Notes: a model not told the origin generated them from the letters alone. A stretch of DNA of 64,000 nucleotides from Candidatus Multivorans sp. (GCA_965247095.1 OZ251997.1:2816001-2880000), one strand, 5' to 3'. Counted from the first letter of the stretch, positions 1-11,425 are shown. A program made the numbers and translations.

Positions 1-678
1 TCATTGACCGACCTGACCGGCGACGGCGTTACCGACCTCGTGGTCTTCTCGCTGGAGATCAGGAGCATGTGGAACGTGCACTCCACGTACGAGGTCCACC
101 CGGGCGCGCCCACACCCGATGGCGGCACCGCGTTCGCGCCTGATGTCGGCGCCGCGATTCTGTCGGGCGGCCTCCCGTACGGGATCGGGCGGTACGACTT
201 CGACCACGACGGTCAGGTTGACGTGGTGTACACCACCATGAAGTTCGGCATCTTCAAGACAATGCGCATGATTGGACAAGGGTTGCTGACTCGTTCCGTG
301 CCGATGCATCTCGACTTCTACCGCATGGAAGGTGGCGTCTACTCCGACAAACCGAGCGCCACCCGCAGAATCAAGGGCCGCGCCCCCGGCGTTTCAGGGG
401 AAAAGGGCATCTTCCACCCGTCGGTGTTGATCGGAGATGTGAACGGCGACAGCCGCTTGGACCTGCTGGTGCAGAGGGGCCGGAAGGAACTGCGCGTCTT
501 TCTTGGCGTGCCGGGGCCCGACCTGTTCGCCAGGCGGCCTGAAGAAGTGGCGGTCGCCATGCCCAACGAGGAATACACCTGGCTGGTGGACCTCAACAAG
601 GACGGCAAGCAGGACATCCTCATGCATCACGCGTTCACTACCGGGCCGCATCGGGTGACGATGCTGATCGCCCGATGA
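1..678 (+). CDS. FG-GAP/VCBS repeat protein, 5'-partial
   Basis: Repeated DxxGDGxxDL motifs (DLTGDGVTDL, DFDHDGQVDV, DVNGDSRLDL, DLNKDGKQDI). C-terminus nearly identical to the next gene. Frame is open from the window edge. Confidence 0.85.
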   Translation, partial: SLTDLTGDGVTDLVVFSLEIRSMWNVHSTYEVHPGAPTPDGGTAFAPDVGAAILSGGLPYGIGRYDFDHDGQVDVVYTTMKFGIFKTMRMIGQGLLTRSVPMHLDFYRMEGGVYSDKPSATRRIKGRAPGVSGEKGIFHPSVLIGDVNGDSRLDLLVQRGRKELRVFLGVPGPDLFARRPEEVAVAMPNEEYTWLVDLNKDGKQDILMHHAFTTGPHRVTMLIAR

Positions 679-2315
679 ACAAAGTCGGTACTTCGGCAAC
701 CGACCGCACGATGCAGTGTCGAGGAAGCCTGTCCTCCATACTGTCTCTCGGAGTATTCCTGTCGGGATGCACAGGGTCTGCCGCCGCGCAGTCCACTTCC
801 GACCAGGCTGCGGAATTCACTTTCACGCAGTACGAGGTCGTCACCGGCGCCGCGAAACGTCAGACCGTCTTGACGGGACTTCTTCTCGGTGGCGCAAGCG
901 CGGAGCTTGCCGTGGTGAACATCGACGACAGCGACGAACGCCGCCTGCGAATCTACGAGTTCGGCGACGGCGCCTGGGCGCCAGGAGTCGACGCAACGCT
1001 CGGTCCCGAAGTGCTGTTCGTTGACGTCGCCAACATCGGCGGACGCGACCGGCTGGTCACCTACGACCCCGGTCGCCTGAACTGGTTCGATCCCGAATCG
1101 GCGACGGAACGCGCGCTGGTCGCCGTCACTGCCAACTTCAACCCGCCTCGCGCAGGCGAGATCCCCCATGTAGACGTCACTCGGGACGTGAACGGCGACG
1201 GCCGCGACGACTTGGTCGTCCCGGGCGTCGATGGCTTCCGGGTGTTCATCCAGACGGGCGCCGGCGAGTTCGCGGATCCAGTGAAGATCGGCCGGTCCAC
1301 TGAGATGAGCAGGATCTACGGCGCCGATGGATACCGATACAAGCCTTGGGATGAAAGCCGTGTCCACGAGATGGACTACGACCGGGATGGTCTTGGCGAC
1401 CTGGTGTTCTGGAACGAGGACCACTTCGAGGTTCATCACCAGGACGAAGATGGGCTGTTTGCCACAGTGGCCGAAACCTTCACGACCGATGTGGCATTCG
1501 ACTCTGACGAACTCTCCTCGCTCGCCACCGGAGACATGACGGGGAGGGTGCTGCACTCGATAGCCGACCTGAACGGCGACGGTGCCGCGGATCTCGTGGT
1601 TTTCTCGCTGGAGGGCGAGAGAATCTCACGAAAGCGTTCAACCTACGAGGTGCATCTTGGCGCGCCAGCACCCGATGGCGGCACTCTGTTCGCACGGGGC
1701 GTCGACTTCGCCTTCCAGTCGGACGGCAGAATCCAGCTCGGGATGGACCGGCGCGACTTCGATGGCGACGGTCACGTCGACTTGATGTTCACAACGATCG
1801 AGGTCGCGTACCTCAAGAGCAGCCTCTGGAAGAGAATCAAGGGGTTCATGGGCGATGACATCTGGTTGGATCTCGAGTTCCATTCCATGGCAGGGGGCCT
1901 CTATCCCGAGAAACCCAACGCCACCCGCAGAATGCAATTGGATGGCCACCCCAGCATCAGGGAGCTGGGGTGGGCGCCACTGGATGTGGTGCTTCGAGGG
2001 GGGACGCACCAGGAACGGAAGACACAGAAGCGTCACCTGCGGGCGTTCAACACGACCTTGCTCATCGGGGATGTGACCGGCGACGGCCGCTCAGACCTGC
2101 TCATCGAGGAGACGCATAGGCAAATGCTCGTCTTTGTCGGTGTGCCGGGGCCGGACCTGTTCGCCCGGCAGCCTCAAAGGGTGGCGGTCGCCATCCCCAA
2201 CGACGAGGAATACACCTGGCTGGTGGACCTCAACAAGGACGGCAGGCAGGACATCCTGATGCATCACGCGTCCACGACTCAGCCCCATCGGGTGACGATG
2301 CTGATCGCCCGTTGA
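675..2315 (+). CDS. FG-GAP/VCBS repeat lipoprotein
   Basis: Lipobox-like FLSGC and about 6 DxNGDGxxDL motifs. ATGA overlap with the upstream paralog; true start may be a later ATG. Confidence 0.85.
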   Translation: MNKVGTSATDRTMQCRGSLSSILSLGVFLSGCTGSAAAQSTSDQAAEFTFTQYEVVTGAAKRQTVLTGLLLGGASAELAVVNIDDSDERRLRIYEFGDGAWAPGVDATLGPEVLFVDVANIGGRDRLVTYDPGRLNWFDPESATERALVAVTANFNPPRAGEIPHVDVTRDVNGDGRDDLVVPGVDGFRVFIQTGAGEFADPVKIGRSTEMSRIYGADGYRYKPWDESRVHEMDYDRDGLGDLVFWNEDHFEVHHQDEDGLFATVAETFTTDVAFDSDELSSLATGDMTGRVLHSIADLNGDGAADLVVFSLEGERISRKRSTYEVHLGAPAPDGGTLFARGVDFAFQSDGRIQLGMDRRDFDGDGHVDLMFTTIEVAYLKSSLWKRIKGFMGDDIWLDLEFHSMAGGLYPEKPNATRRMQLDGHPSIRELGWAPLDVVLRGGTHQERKTQKRHLRAFNTTLLIGDVTGDGRSDLLIEETHRQMLVFVGVPGPDLFARQPQRVAVAIPNDEEYTWLVDLNKDGRQDILMHHASTTQPHRVTMLIAR

Positions 2316-2328
2316 GCACACCGGCCGT

Positions 2329-2943
2329 CTAGACGGCGCTGTGATCTCGCATCCCGTCCAGGAGTGTCTCGGTGGTTTGCCTGATCAGCTCGTCCACATC
2401 GACGCTCGGGCCGATCTGTCTCTCGATCAGCAGGGACGCCAGGCCGTGGACCGCGCTCCAAGCGACGTAGGCTTTCGCCCGCGGATCCCCTCGCTCGATG
2501 TCGCCGCGCTGCTGGTGGACCCGGATTACATCGATCAGGTGTTCGAGTAGGGCGCCACCGGCCTCCCGCAACTCGGGTTGATCTTGTCGCGCAAGGGCCT
2601 CCTTGCCGTACATCAGACGGTAGTGGGCCGGATGCTCCAGAGCGAAGCGCACGTACTCCTCGCCCATGTGCCGGAGCCTCTCGACGCTTGACTGCGGGGC
2701 GCCTTGGCTGGTGGTTTGGAGGCGGTTGTTGAGGCGTTTGAACCCTTCGACCGCGACCGCGACCAGGAGCGCCGTCTTGTCCGGAAAGTGACGGTAGGGC
2801 GCGGCCCGCGATACGCCGAGGCGGCCGCCGATCGCCCTCATCGTCACACTGGCGGCGCCGCCCTGCGAGATCATGGCGGCGGCTTCGTCGACAAGCGACG
2901 CTCGCAGGTCGCCGTGATGGTAGGTGCGGGTCCGTTCGGCCAT
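2329..2943 (-). CDS. TetR/AcrR family regulator (WHG-type C-terminal domain)
   Basis: YHHGDLR start, HTH 'VTMRAIGGRLGVSRAAPYRHF', C-terminal WSAVHG motif. Confidence 0.92.
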   Translation of the reverse strand: MAERTRTYHHGDLRASLVDEAAAMISQGGAASVTMRAIGGRLGVSRAAPYRHFPDKTALLVAVAVEGFKRLNNRLQTTSQGAPQSSVERLRHMGEEYVRFALEHPAHYRLMYGKEALARQDQPELREAGGALLEHLIDVIRVHQQRGDIERGDPRAKAYVAWSAVHGLASLLIERQIGPSVDVDELIRQTTETLLDGMRDHSAV

Positions 2944-2963
2944 GGGTGATTATGGCAAGAGCC

Positions 2964-3036
2964 GGTTGATCGCCTACGGCGACGGCCGCCTGACCTGGTT
3001 CGATCCCGAGTCGGCGACGGAGCGCGAACTCGCGGC
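2964..3036 (+). pseudogene. Internal fragment of a third FG-GAP/VCBS paralog
   Basis: Reads RLIAYGDGRLTWFDPESATERELA, matching RLVTYDPGRLNWFDPESATERALV at about 1050-1121. Confidence 0.75.
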
Positions 3037-3039
3037 GGG

Positions 3040-5354
3040 CTAGAGCCGGAACAGACGAGTGATCTTGACGACGAGGGCCCGGTTGTTGAGCCTGGAAAGC
3101 CCCGTGTCAGCGTGTCGCGCTGTTCGTTGTAGACGACGAACAGCTCGCTGCCGGGCCGGTACTCCCAGCGCAGCCGCACATTCGTCGCGAACCCGTTGCT
3201 CTCGGAGTTGTACTGCAGCAGCGCGCTCACGAACATGCGCGGCGTCATCGTGTAGATGGCGCGCAGGTCGAGGAGTTCCACCGTGAACTCCCCCTCCGGC
3301 AGCTCCAGTCGGTTCATCGAGACGCTCGGCTCAAGCGAGAAGTGCGGGCTCACGTTCACTCGGCCGAAACCCCAGCCGATCGTCGTCTTGCGGCCGCTGT
3401 AGAAATCGCCGTACTCGAGCAGGAAGCTGCCCGAGATCCGCCGCTGCTGGCCCAGGCTCAAGACTCCGCGCACATAGTCGAACTCGTAGGCGCCGGCGGG
3501 GAGCGTCACGTCTGAGGCGATGGGGAACGGCTGTAGGAGGAACTCGTAGGTTTGCCCATAGGTGAGTTGGACGCGATCGCCGCTGTGAAACTCGATGCCG
3601 AACGCGGCCGCGCCGTCGCGCGTCTCGATCCGGCCGGCGCCGTTCTCGATGTAGGCCAGCGACCCGGTCCAGGAGTATTTGCGAACCAGCCTGCTCGCCG
3701 CTGGCCGGGGGCTGAAGCGGAACAGGCCGAACGACCGGCGCATGTCGTCGCGGCGCAGGAATCCGACTTCCGGGTTGAAGTGGTCGCCCACTCGCAGGCG
3801 CTCCAACTGAACGCCGTAACGGTCGCCGTTGTAGTCCATGTGCAGGCGGTAGCTGGTGTCGTCGCCCACAAGCCCCGGCGTGCGGGTCTGTGCCCAGTAG
3901 GTGTTGAACGTGAGATGTTGGAAGAAGGCGAACGTCCCGTCGACCCCATACGCGTCGTTGAGCCCGCCGCCGTCCTGCGCGACCGAGCGACGGGTGTAGA
4001 TGAGGCCGACGTTGCTGCGGCGCAGGATGTCGCGCTTGAGTCGCACGACGCCGAAGTTGGTGGAGCGCGCGCCGGCCAGCGGCTCTTCGTCCGCTTGGAT
4101 GTCCAGCAGGCCCAGGGTGTAGCGGCCCGTGCGGCCGGTCAGGCGAGCGCCGGCTTCGATGGGGATCGCGCGTCCTCCCTGCAAACCGATGCGCCGGCTG
4201 TAGAACAGGATCGGCGTGTCATTGGACGTCGCAAACACCCCGGTCTGGGCGCCGCCGAAGGCGAAGGTGCCCTGATTCTCGAGGAAGAAGTCCCGCTTCT
4301 CAGGGAAGAAGAGGCTGAAGCGGGTGAGGTCGACCTGCTGCTGGTCGGCTTCGACCTGGGCGAAGTCGGTGTTGTAGGTGAAGTCGGCCGTGAGGTTCTG
4401 GCTGAGACCGTACTTGACATCGATACCGATGTCGGCTGCCACCTCGTTCGAAGTCTCCGGGATGGCGACGAGATCGCTGGTCACGTCGGCGACGAGGTAA
4501 GGCTTGAGCTCGAGGTTTCTCGAGGCCGGCGGGGCCTCCAGGCCGACCAACGTTGCCGCCAGCGACACTTGGAAAAGGCCCATCTGGCCCAACGCTTCCG
4601 GGAGGCGGGTCAATGTCGAGATCTCGTTCTTCCACTGCGTGTAGCGCTGCACGTTGAAGCCCCAGATCTGCGCCCGGCCGGGGCGATAGCGGAGCGACTT
4701 GAACGGGACCGCGGCTTCGACCGTCCAACCTCCCTCGAATCGGCCTACCGCGAGATCCCAGACCGGATTCCAATCCCTGTTGTACTGGCGCTCGTCGGTG
4801 ATCTGGCCGTCGATTCGGCCGCCCGAGGGGTAGATGGTGAAGTCGGCTGCGTTGCGGCGGTCATGGAACGTGTCGAGAATGAAATCGACATAGTCGTCCT
4901 GGCTGTACACGTCGCGCCGCATGTCGTTGGCGGCGATCCGCTCGGGGTCCTGCCAACAGCGAAACGACACATAGACCTTGGCATCGTCGAACGTGACCCA
5001 GACCTCCGTCTTGTCGGTGGCCGGTGAGCCCGGCTGCGGTTCTGTCTGCAGGAAGTCCGAAACCGGCGGCACGGCCGTGTACAGAACCTCGTCGAGTTGG
5101 CCGTCGATCCGGAGCGGCGCGGCGAGGCGCACGGCTCGCACCGTGGCCCGGCCCGAGTCGTCCCGAGTCACCACATCTGGCGGCTCGGGTGGCGGTGGGC
5201 CGTCGAAGGCCGAGGGGAGAACCAGCGGCTCGTCCGACGGCGCCGGCGTGCCGGGCGGCGGCGGCGGCGAGGGGGCCTTAGCCTCCTGGCGTGCCTCGGC
5301 GGCTTGAGTCAGAACGAGGCCGCCGATGAGCAGGCAGCCTGCTGCGCGGTGCAA
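3040..5354 (-). CDS. CBM9-like/DUF5916 outer-membrane protein, frameshift near the C-terminus
   Basis: Signal peptide; IDGQLDE, GWTVEAAVPFKSLRY and NTDFAQVEADQQQVDLTRFSLFFPEKRDFFLE motifs. A family-like end LNNRALVVKITRLFRL-TAG (stop at 3040) lies in another frame after about 3092. Confidence 0.8.
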
Positions 5355-5370
5355 TCTTCTTAGTCGATCG

Positions 5371-6012
5371 CTAGTCGATCGCGAAGCAGTAGAAGTAGCC
5401 GTTGCCGCCGGTGCCCTGGAGGTTGGCCTGGCTGCAGCCGCGGCTGCCGTGGGCCGAGTTCCAGGACGACGGGACCGGACCGCCGCCGGTGCGATCGTGG
5501 TGGCCGACCTGGGCGCTGCCCTCGTCGTTGCTCGTCCAGTTGCTGCAGGTGTGGTCGGCGCCGTCGGTGAAGCGGGCGCCGTCGAGCTTCGACCCGGTCA
5601 GGATGTCGTGCTCGTTGGGAGTGTCGCCGCGGCCCTTGACCATCTCGCCCTTCTCGGTGAGTTGCGTCTCCTTGGTCAGCCCGACATTCGAGTAGTGGAG
5701 GGCGTCCAGGTTGCGGGCCACTTCCGCGCCCTTGGCGTTGAGCCACGGGCCCGCACCGATGCGATCCCGGGCGTTCACGCCGTCCTCGCCGTCCGTGCTG
5801 AGGTAGGCGTGCCAGGTCTTGCCCGAACTCCCGGCCGCCTCGGCGAGCGCCGTGCAGTGCTTGTCGGCCCCCTCCAATCCGCCCAGGTTGGCGCCGTCGC
5901 CGGGTCCGGCGCTGGTGATGAAGAAGCTCATCTCGCCGTCCTGGGCCGCAAGCGGCCCGGCGAGGATCAGCAAGGCGACCGCGGTGAACAGAATGCACGC
6001 TCGTGGCTTCAT
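5371..6012 (-). CDS. Secreted lectin-like protein (C-type lectin/endostatin-like fold)
   Basis: Signal peptide MKPRACILFTAVALLILAGPLAA; GANLGGLEGADKHC, ARDRIGAGPW, EHDILTGS, TCSNWTS, terminal FYCFA. Confidence 0.75.
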   Translation of the reverse strand: MKPRACILFTAVALLILAGPLAAQDGEMSFFITSAGPGDGANLGGLEGADKHCTALAEAAGSSGKTWHAYLSTDGEDGVNARDRIGAGPWLNAKGAEVARNLDALHYSNVGLTKETQLTEKGEMVKGRGDTPNEHDILTGSKLDGARFTDGADHTCSNWTSNDEGSAQVGHHDRTGGGPVPSSWNSAHGSRGCSQANLQGTGGNGYFYCFAID

Positions 6013-6071
6013 GGCGGAACCTCCGTTGTTCTCTTGTTGCGTCAAGCGATTGAGTATAGGGGCGGCGGCCC

Positions 6072-8402
6072 CTATCCGATCCGATTCTCGCCCGCGTTCT
6101 CGTCCTGGTGCAGGGTCACCGGCCAGCCGGGGAACTGTTCGTTGTCACCCGCGTCGGCCGTGGACAGGAACCGGAACGCCTCGATCCGGTAGGTCTTCGC
6201 CTCCAAGTCGATGGTGACCATGCCGAAGCCGCTGCTCTTCTGGTGAGCGAGCCGGTAGGGATTGCGCTCGGCGCCGACCTCGGGGTTGCCCACCGCGTAG
6301 ACGTAAACCCGGTTGCCCAGGCCGTCGCGGAACTCGCCGGTATCGGCCAGCCCGTGCCGCGGCCGGTTGCGGTGGGGCATGCCCGCCTCGTCGGGCCGCC
6401 ACCAGCGCGGGTAGCCGGCGCTGATCGCCGGCGTGCAGAAGGCCCAACACCCGTCGCGTTGGCGGTCGGCGCCGTACTGGACCAGGGAGGGCAGGTGCTG
6501 ATCGCCGCACACGTGCAGGCACTTCGCCTTGCGCAGGATGCGGACCAGCCGGTTGCGCGGCGTCTGGGGCCAGCCGCCGCAATCGAGATCCGCGGCCAGG
6601 AAGTCGTCGTAGGCGCCGTGGTGGGTGGCTACGCCGGCAAACACGGTCTGACTGAGCAGCACCTTCATCGTGTGGCCGCGCCAGTCGTCGGCCCACTGCT
6701 CCAGGAACTCCTCCTGCCGCTCGCCGAGCAGGGCGAGCCCGGGCTGGTCGAGCGTCGAGGTGTCCAGTCCGATGTCCAGGACGTGGTCGGCGCGCCCGGA
6801 CCCCGTGTCCACGCGCTCGGGGCTGCTCTTGAACTGCCTGTCGCCCAGGATGGCGAAGCCGACGCCGCCGTAGACCATGTCGCCGTAGTAGACGCTGATG
6901 TCCTGCTCGACCGGGGCCGGATCGAAGGGGTCGGGATGGTGAGAGGCGTTCGTGCGATGGACCACGTTGACCATCCGCGCCGGCGCCCGGTACCCGCCGC
7001 GCGTCGAGGTATCGCGGCCGGTCCCCATCGGCTTGCCGCCTTCGCCCCAGATGTTGCCCTGGAACACGTCGTGGTCGTCGGGTATGCACAGCGTCGGCCG
7101 GTCGCGCATCGCTTCGCGGAACGCCCAGCCGAACTGGTAGTACTTGCGCAGGTAGTTCAGGATCGCCGGCCCGGCCGGGTCGCGGATCAGGCCATAGCCG
7201 CCATGGTTCTCGTAGAGCTGGTCGCCGGAGAAGAAGACCAGGTCGGGATCGAGCGCCAGAACGTGCTCCGCGACCGGCGCGTAGGGGAACGAGTAGTCGT
7301 TTTGGCAGGTGAGGGCCCCGAGCCGCAGCGGCCGGCCGGCCGGATTGGCCCGGATCGACCCGAGCCACTCCGACGCCGTCTCGCCGCCGTCCGTGTGCTG
7401 TTCGCGGTAGACGAGCCGGAATGGCGCTGCCACGCGCTCGTTCCAGTTGGACAGCCGGAACGTCGCCGTCCAGGCGTCCGGGTCCAGTTCGGCGAAGCCA
7501 CGGGATCGCCATCCCCCGTCGTGCTGGGTCAGCAGCTCGACCCGCCGGTCGTCGCCCTCTCCCAACGGCGGCAGGAGCGCCGTCATCTTGACCACGAACC
7601 CTTCGTCGCCGCGGGAGTCGCTCATCGAGTACATCGACCACAGGATGGGCCCGAAGCGGCGCTCCTCTTCCACGGCGAAGGCATCCCCGTCCGCCGTCCA
7701 CTCGCTGAACCGGTAGCGGGCCCCCTCACCCTTCGGGATCTCCCGGTCGAAGTTGCTGACGATCGCGACGTTGCCCTCGATGTCCGCGGCGGGCATGGTG
7801 TGGGTGACGGTGCCCAACTCGGTTCCGGAGGCGGTCCGAACTTCAAGGCGGAGCTCACACTCGCCGTCTTCCGTTCGCCCTTGGAGAAGCATCTCGATCC
7901 CTTCCGTTGCGACCGCGTCGCCGTCGCCTACCTCCGCGTTCGCTCCACCCAGCACCAGCCGCCCGCCGACCAACCCGGCATCGACCCCGACGCCGCGCGC
8001 GAAGCAGTTGCTGCGATGGTCATCGATCAGGTTGCGGACGCCGATCCGGAACCCGGCGCCCCCGTCGCGTTTCCCGGCTTCCACCCGCTTGCAACGCACC
8101 GACATCCGAAACCGTCCCCGCTCGCCAGTCAATCGATGCGTGATCAAGTGGACATTCCGGTCGCCGCCGCCCGTCTGCACCTCGGACGCCCCTTCGATAA
8201 CCCGCCAGTCCTCCATCGGATTGGCCCAGAAGGACTCCCCGAGCCACACCCGGTCATGAGTCCGGTGCCACCGGTCGACTTGGGTGCCGGAGGCCCCGTC
8301 TCGCCGCTCCTGCCGAGCCTCGGCGCGTCCGATCCGTTTCGGCAGCGAGACGACCGCGGCCAGCAAACCGAAAAGACCCCGCCGGCTCAAGCGTGACTTC
8401 AC
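6072..8402 (-). CDS. Tat-exported PhoD-like (alkaline phosphatase D family) metallophosphatase
   Basis: SRRGLF twin-arginine motif; GDQLYE, PDDHD and GDQH metallophosphoesterase motifs. Confidence 0.85.
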   Translation of the reverse strand: MKSRLSRRGLFGLLAAVVSLPKRIGRAEARQERRDGASGTQVDRWHRTHDRVWLGESFWANPMEDWRVIEGASEVQTGGGDRNVHLITHRLTGERGRFRMSVRCKRVEAGKRDGGAGFRIGVRNLIDDHRSNCFARGVGVDAGLVGGRLVLGGANAEVGDGDAVATEGIEMLLQGRTEDGECELRLEVRTASGTELGTVTHTMPAADIEGNVAIVSNFDREIPKGEGARYRFSEWTADGDAFAVEEERRFGPILWSMYSMSDSRGDEGFVVKMTALLPPLGEGDDRRVELLTQHDGGWRSRGFAELDPDAWTATFRLSNWNERVAAPFRLVYREQHTDGGETASEWLGSIRANPAGRPLRLGALTCQNDYSFPYAPVAEHVLALDPDLVFFSGDQLYENHGGYGLIRDPAGPAILNYLRKYYQFGWAFREAMRDRPTLCIPDDHDVFQGNIWGEGGKPMGTGRDTSTRGGYRAPARMVNVVHRTNASHHPDPFDPAPVEQDISVYYGDMVYGGVGFAILGDRQFKSSPERVDTGSGRADHVLDIGLDTSTLDQPGLALLGERQEEFLEQWADDWRGHTMKVLLSQTVFAGVATHHGAYDDFLAADLDCGGWPQTPRNRLVRILRKAKCLHVCGDQHLPSLVQYGADRQRDGCWAFCTPAISAGYPRWWRPDEAGMPHRNRPRHGLADTGEFRDGLGNRVYVYAVGNPEVGAERNPYRLAHQKSSGFGMVTIDLEAKTYRIEAFRFLSTADAGDNEQFPGWPVTLHQDENAGENRIG

Positions 8403-8588
8403 TGCAGGGTAATCTCCTCGCTGCTCAGAGGCCGCTCAGGCCGGCCCGGAAACAAGTGGTCAGCATAGCCGTATGGACTATTTCAACGGCGTGTTGACGC
8501 CTAGGCAGGTTCTCGGGAACCAGCAGCGAGACCATGCCCTCGCTCGACTTGCTCGTTCCAGCGCTCGCCGGCTACCTCTTCCTTCGCC

Positions 8589-8686
8589 GCAACGACAGGC
8601 TACGAGGCCGAACTGTGGGCGATGGCCGACGCGCTCCCCCGCGGCTCGATGGATGCGGCCGAGTACAAGCATGTCGTGCTCGGAGC
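8589..8686 (+). pseudogene. hsdM: Collapsed hsdM copy (5' ~95 bp only)
   Basis: Near-identical to 9432-9523 ([15 protein letters not shown][P][15 protein letters not shown]), with a 3-bp CCC insertion. Confidence 0.85.
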
Positions 8687-8729
8687 GTTCCCGTTGTTGT
8701 GATCGTAGCCAGCATGCCTTGTCCCGGCG

Positions 8730-8921
8730 ATGCCCAAGGTGCGGGACGCCATTCGTGCCGTGGAGCGGGATGGTTGGCAACGGGTCGCTACGCGCGGAAG
8801 TCACCGACAGTACCGGCATCCCGTGAAACCGGGGAAAGTGACGATCGCTGGTAAACTGAGTCACGACTTGCCACCGGGCACCTGGAACAGCATCGTCAAA
8901 CAGGCCGGACTCGCGAAGTGA
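8730..8921 (+). CDS. hicA: HicA toxin, copy 1
   Basis: GW-x5-GSHRQYRHP..PGKVTI motif; 63 aa; directly upstream of hicB. Confidence 0.93.
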   Translation: MPKVRDAIRAVERDGWQRVATRGSHRQYRHPVKPGKVTIAGKLSHDLPPGTWNSIVKQAGLAK

Positions 8922-8928
8922 GTAGCTC

Positions 8929-9153
8929 GTGAAGTACACGATCGTGATCGAGAAGGCGCCCGGCAACTTCGCGGCGTATGCGCCTGATCTGCCTGGGTGC
9001 GTGGCAACCGCCGAGACGCGTGCCGAGGTGATCCAGCTCATGCGCGAGGGCATCGCTTTCCACCTTGAGGGCTTGCGCGAAGACGGGGAGCCCGTGCCTC
9101 GGCCTCAAGCCACAGCCGCCGAAGTGGATGTAGTGCTGGGCGTGAGCGCCTAG
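8929..9153 (+). CDS. hicB: HicB antitoxin, copy 1
   Basis: [45 protein letters not shown]. Confidence 0.93.
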   Translation: MKYTIVIEKAPGNFAAYAPDLPGCVATAETRAEVIQLMREGIAFHLEGLREDGEPVPRPQATAAEVDVVLGVSA

Positions 9154-9404
9154 GGGCTGAACGGGTACGTCGAGCCAGTCCATTTGGCGTCGGTGCATCG
9201 CCTTGTTCCGCGCCACGGACAGATGGGGCTCTCGACTACCAACCGCCGGACTCGGGGTTTCGGCTGGACGGTCACCGCACATGCCGCGACGAGGTGCGCG
9301 CCCGCGTGACACAAGCCATCGTGACACACGTCGCGTTGTGGGGCTACGATGGCGACTCCGGGAGGTCATCCGGACTGACGAGATTGACAAAGACAGTGAC
9401 GAAG

Positions 9405-10952
9405 ATGGCAAGCAGGCAAACCGATAGCGGGGCAACGACAGGCTACGAGGCCGAACTGTGGGCGATGGCCGATGCACTCCGCGGCTCGATGGATGCGGCC
9501 GAGTACAAGCACGTCGTGCTCGGCCTCATCTTCCTGAAGTACATCTCGGACGCCTTCGAGGAGCGCCACGCGGCGGTGCTGGCCGAGTGGGGGGAAGACG
9601 CCGCGGAGGACCGCGACGAGTACATCGCGGAGAACATCTTCTGGGTGCCGCGGGAGGCCCGTTGGGCGCACCTGAAGGCTCAGGCGCGGCAGCCGACGAT
9701 CGGCCAGACCGTCGACAAGGCCATGACCGCGATCGAGCGCGACAACCCGGCGCTGAAGGAGGTGCTGCCCAAGGACTACGCGCGTCCCGCCCTGGACAAG
9801 CAGCGCCTCGGCCAGCTCATCGACATGATGGGCAACATCCGCGTCGGTGACGCCGAAGCCCGCTCCCGAGACGTGCTGGGCCGCGTCTACGAGTACTTCC
9901 TCTCTCAGTTCGCCAGTGCCGAGGGCAAGAGGGGCGGCGAGTTCTACACGCCGCGCTGCGTCGTCAGGCTGCTCGTCGAGATGCTGGAGCCCTATCGGGG
10001 GCGCGTCTACGATCCGTGTTGCGGATCCTCGGGCATGTTCGTTCAATCGATCGAGTTCATCCGCGCCCACGCGAGCGGAAACGGCAACGGCGGCGAAGCG
10101 CGCGGCGACATCTCGATCTACGGCCAGGAGTCGAACTACACGACTTGGCGGCTCGCCAAGATGAACCTGGCCATACGCGGGATCGGGGGACAGATCGCCC
10201 ACGGCGACAGCTTCCACAGCGACCACCACCCGGACTTGAAGGCTGACTTCATCCTCGCCAACCCACCGTTCAACGTCTCGGACTGGGGCGGCGACCGGCT
10301 GGTCGAGGACAAGCGCTGGCGCTACGGGATTCCGCCTAAGGGCAACGCGAACTTCGCCTGGGTGCAGCACATGGTTCACCACCTGGCGCCGAAGGGCGTT
10401 GCGGGGTTCGTGCTCGCCAATGGATCGATGTCGTCGAGTCAGTCCGGCGAGGGAGAGATCCGCAAGAACCTGATCGAGGGCGAGTTGGTCGACTGCATGG
10501 TGGCTCTACCGGGCCAGCTCTTCTACTCGACACAGATTCCCGCCTGCCTGTGGTTTCTGGCGCGCGGGCGCAAGCGGCGCGGAGAGATCCTCTTCGTCGA
10601 CGCAAGGAAGCTCGGCCGGATGGTGGACCGAACACACCGCGAACTGACCGAGGAGGACATTGCCGAGATTGCCGCGACCTACCACGCGTGGCGCGGCGGG
10701 GAAGGCGTCGTCGAGTACGAGGATAGGCCCGGTTTCTGCAAGAGCGCGACGCTTGAAGAGGCCGGCAGACACGGCCACGTGCTGACGCCGGGACGCTACG
10801 TCGGCATGAAGCCGCAGGAGGACGACGGCGAGCCGTTCGAGGAGAAGATGGCCCGGCTCACCGCCGAATGGCGTCGGCAGCGGGCCGAGGTGCGCCAGCT
10901 CGACGCGGTGATCGAGGAGAACCTGGGGTCGCTGGGGTTCGGAGTGGAATGA
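9405..10952 (+). CDS. hsdM: Type I restriction-modification methyltransferase subunit M
   Basis: HsdM_N ([29 protein letters not shown]), GEFYTP, DPCCGS (motif I), ANPPFN (motif IV), LTPGRYVG. Confidence 0.96.
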   Translation: MASRQTDSGATTGYEAELWAMADALRGSMDAAEYKHVVLGLIFLKYISDAFEERHAAVLAEWGEDAAEDRDEYIAENIFWVPREARWAHLKAQARQPTIGQTVDKAMTAIERDNPALKEVLPKDYARPALDKQRLGQLIDMMGNIRVGDAEARSRDVLGRVYEYFLSQFASAEGKRGGEFYTPRCVVRLLVEMLEPYRGRVYDPCCGSSGMFVQSIEFIRAHASGNGNGGEARGDISIYGQESNYTTWRLAKMNLAIRGIGGQIAHGDSFHSDHHPDLKADFILANPPFNVSDWGGDRLVEDKRWRYGIPPKGNANFAWVQHMVHHLAPKGVAGFVLANGSMSSSQSGEGEIRKNLIEGELVDCMVALPGQLFYSTQIPACLWFLARGRKRRGEILFVDARKLGRMVDRTHRELTEEDIAEIAATYHAWRGGEGVVEYEDRPGFCKSATLEEAGRHGHVLTPGRYVGMKPQEDDGEPFEEKMARLTAEWRRQRAEVRQLDAVIEENLGSLGFGVE

Positions 10953-11001
10953 GTGGACGTTCTTGTTCGCGCGACCATCGGCAGCGCGCCCCGGTTCTGC
11001 A

Positions 11002-11193
11002 ATGCCTAAGGTCCGGGACGCCATTCGTGCGGTGGAGCGGGATGGTTGGCGATGGGTCGCGACGCGGGGAAGTCACCGCCAGTACCGGCACGCGACGAAG
11101 CCCGGCAAAGTGACGATCGCTGGTAAACTGAGCCACGACTTGCCGCCGGGCACCTGGAACAGCATCGTCAAACAGGCTGGGCTCGATAAGTGA
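11002..11193 (+). CDS. hicA: HicA toxin, copy 2
   Basis: Differs from 8730-8921 at only 5 residues. Confidence 0.93.
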   Translation: MPKVRDAIRAVERDGWRWVATRGSHRQYRHATKPGKVTIAGKLSHDLPPGTWNSIVKQAGLDK

Positions 11194-11200
11194 GTAGCTC

Positions 11201-11425
11201 GTGAAGTACACGATCGTCATCGAGAAGGCGCCCAACAACTACGCGGCCTATGCGCCCGACCTGCCCGGCTGCGTGGCAACCGCCGAGACGCGTGCGCGAG
11301 TGATTGAGTTGATGCGCGAGGGCATCGCCTTTCACCTTGAGGGGCTGCGGGAAGACGGGGAGCCAGTGCCTCGACCTCAAGCCACGGCTGTCCAGGTGGA
11401 TGTAGCGCAGGCTGTCGGCGCCTGA
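11201..11425 (+). CDS. hicB: HicB antitoxin, copy 2
   Basis: Close paralog of 8929-9153. Confidence 0.93.
   Translation: MKYTIVIEKAPNNYAAYAPDLPGCVATAETRARVIELMREGIAFHLEGLREDGEPVPRPQATAVQVDVAQAVGA

Noticed and set aside
8730-11425. hicAB copies as ends of a composite transposon
   Set aside because: No transposase, inverted repeats or target duplication; better explained as duplication plus deletion.
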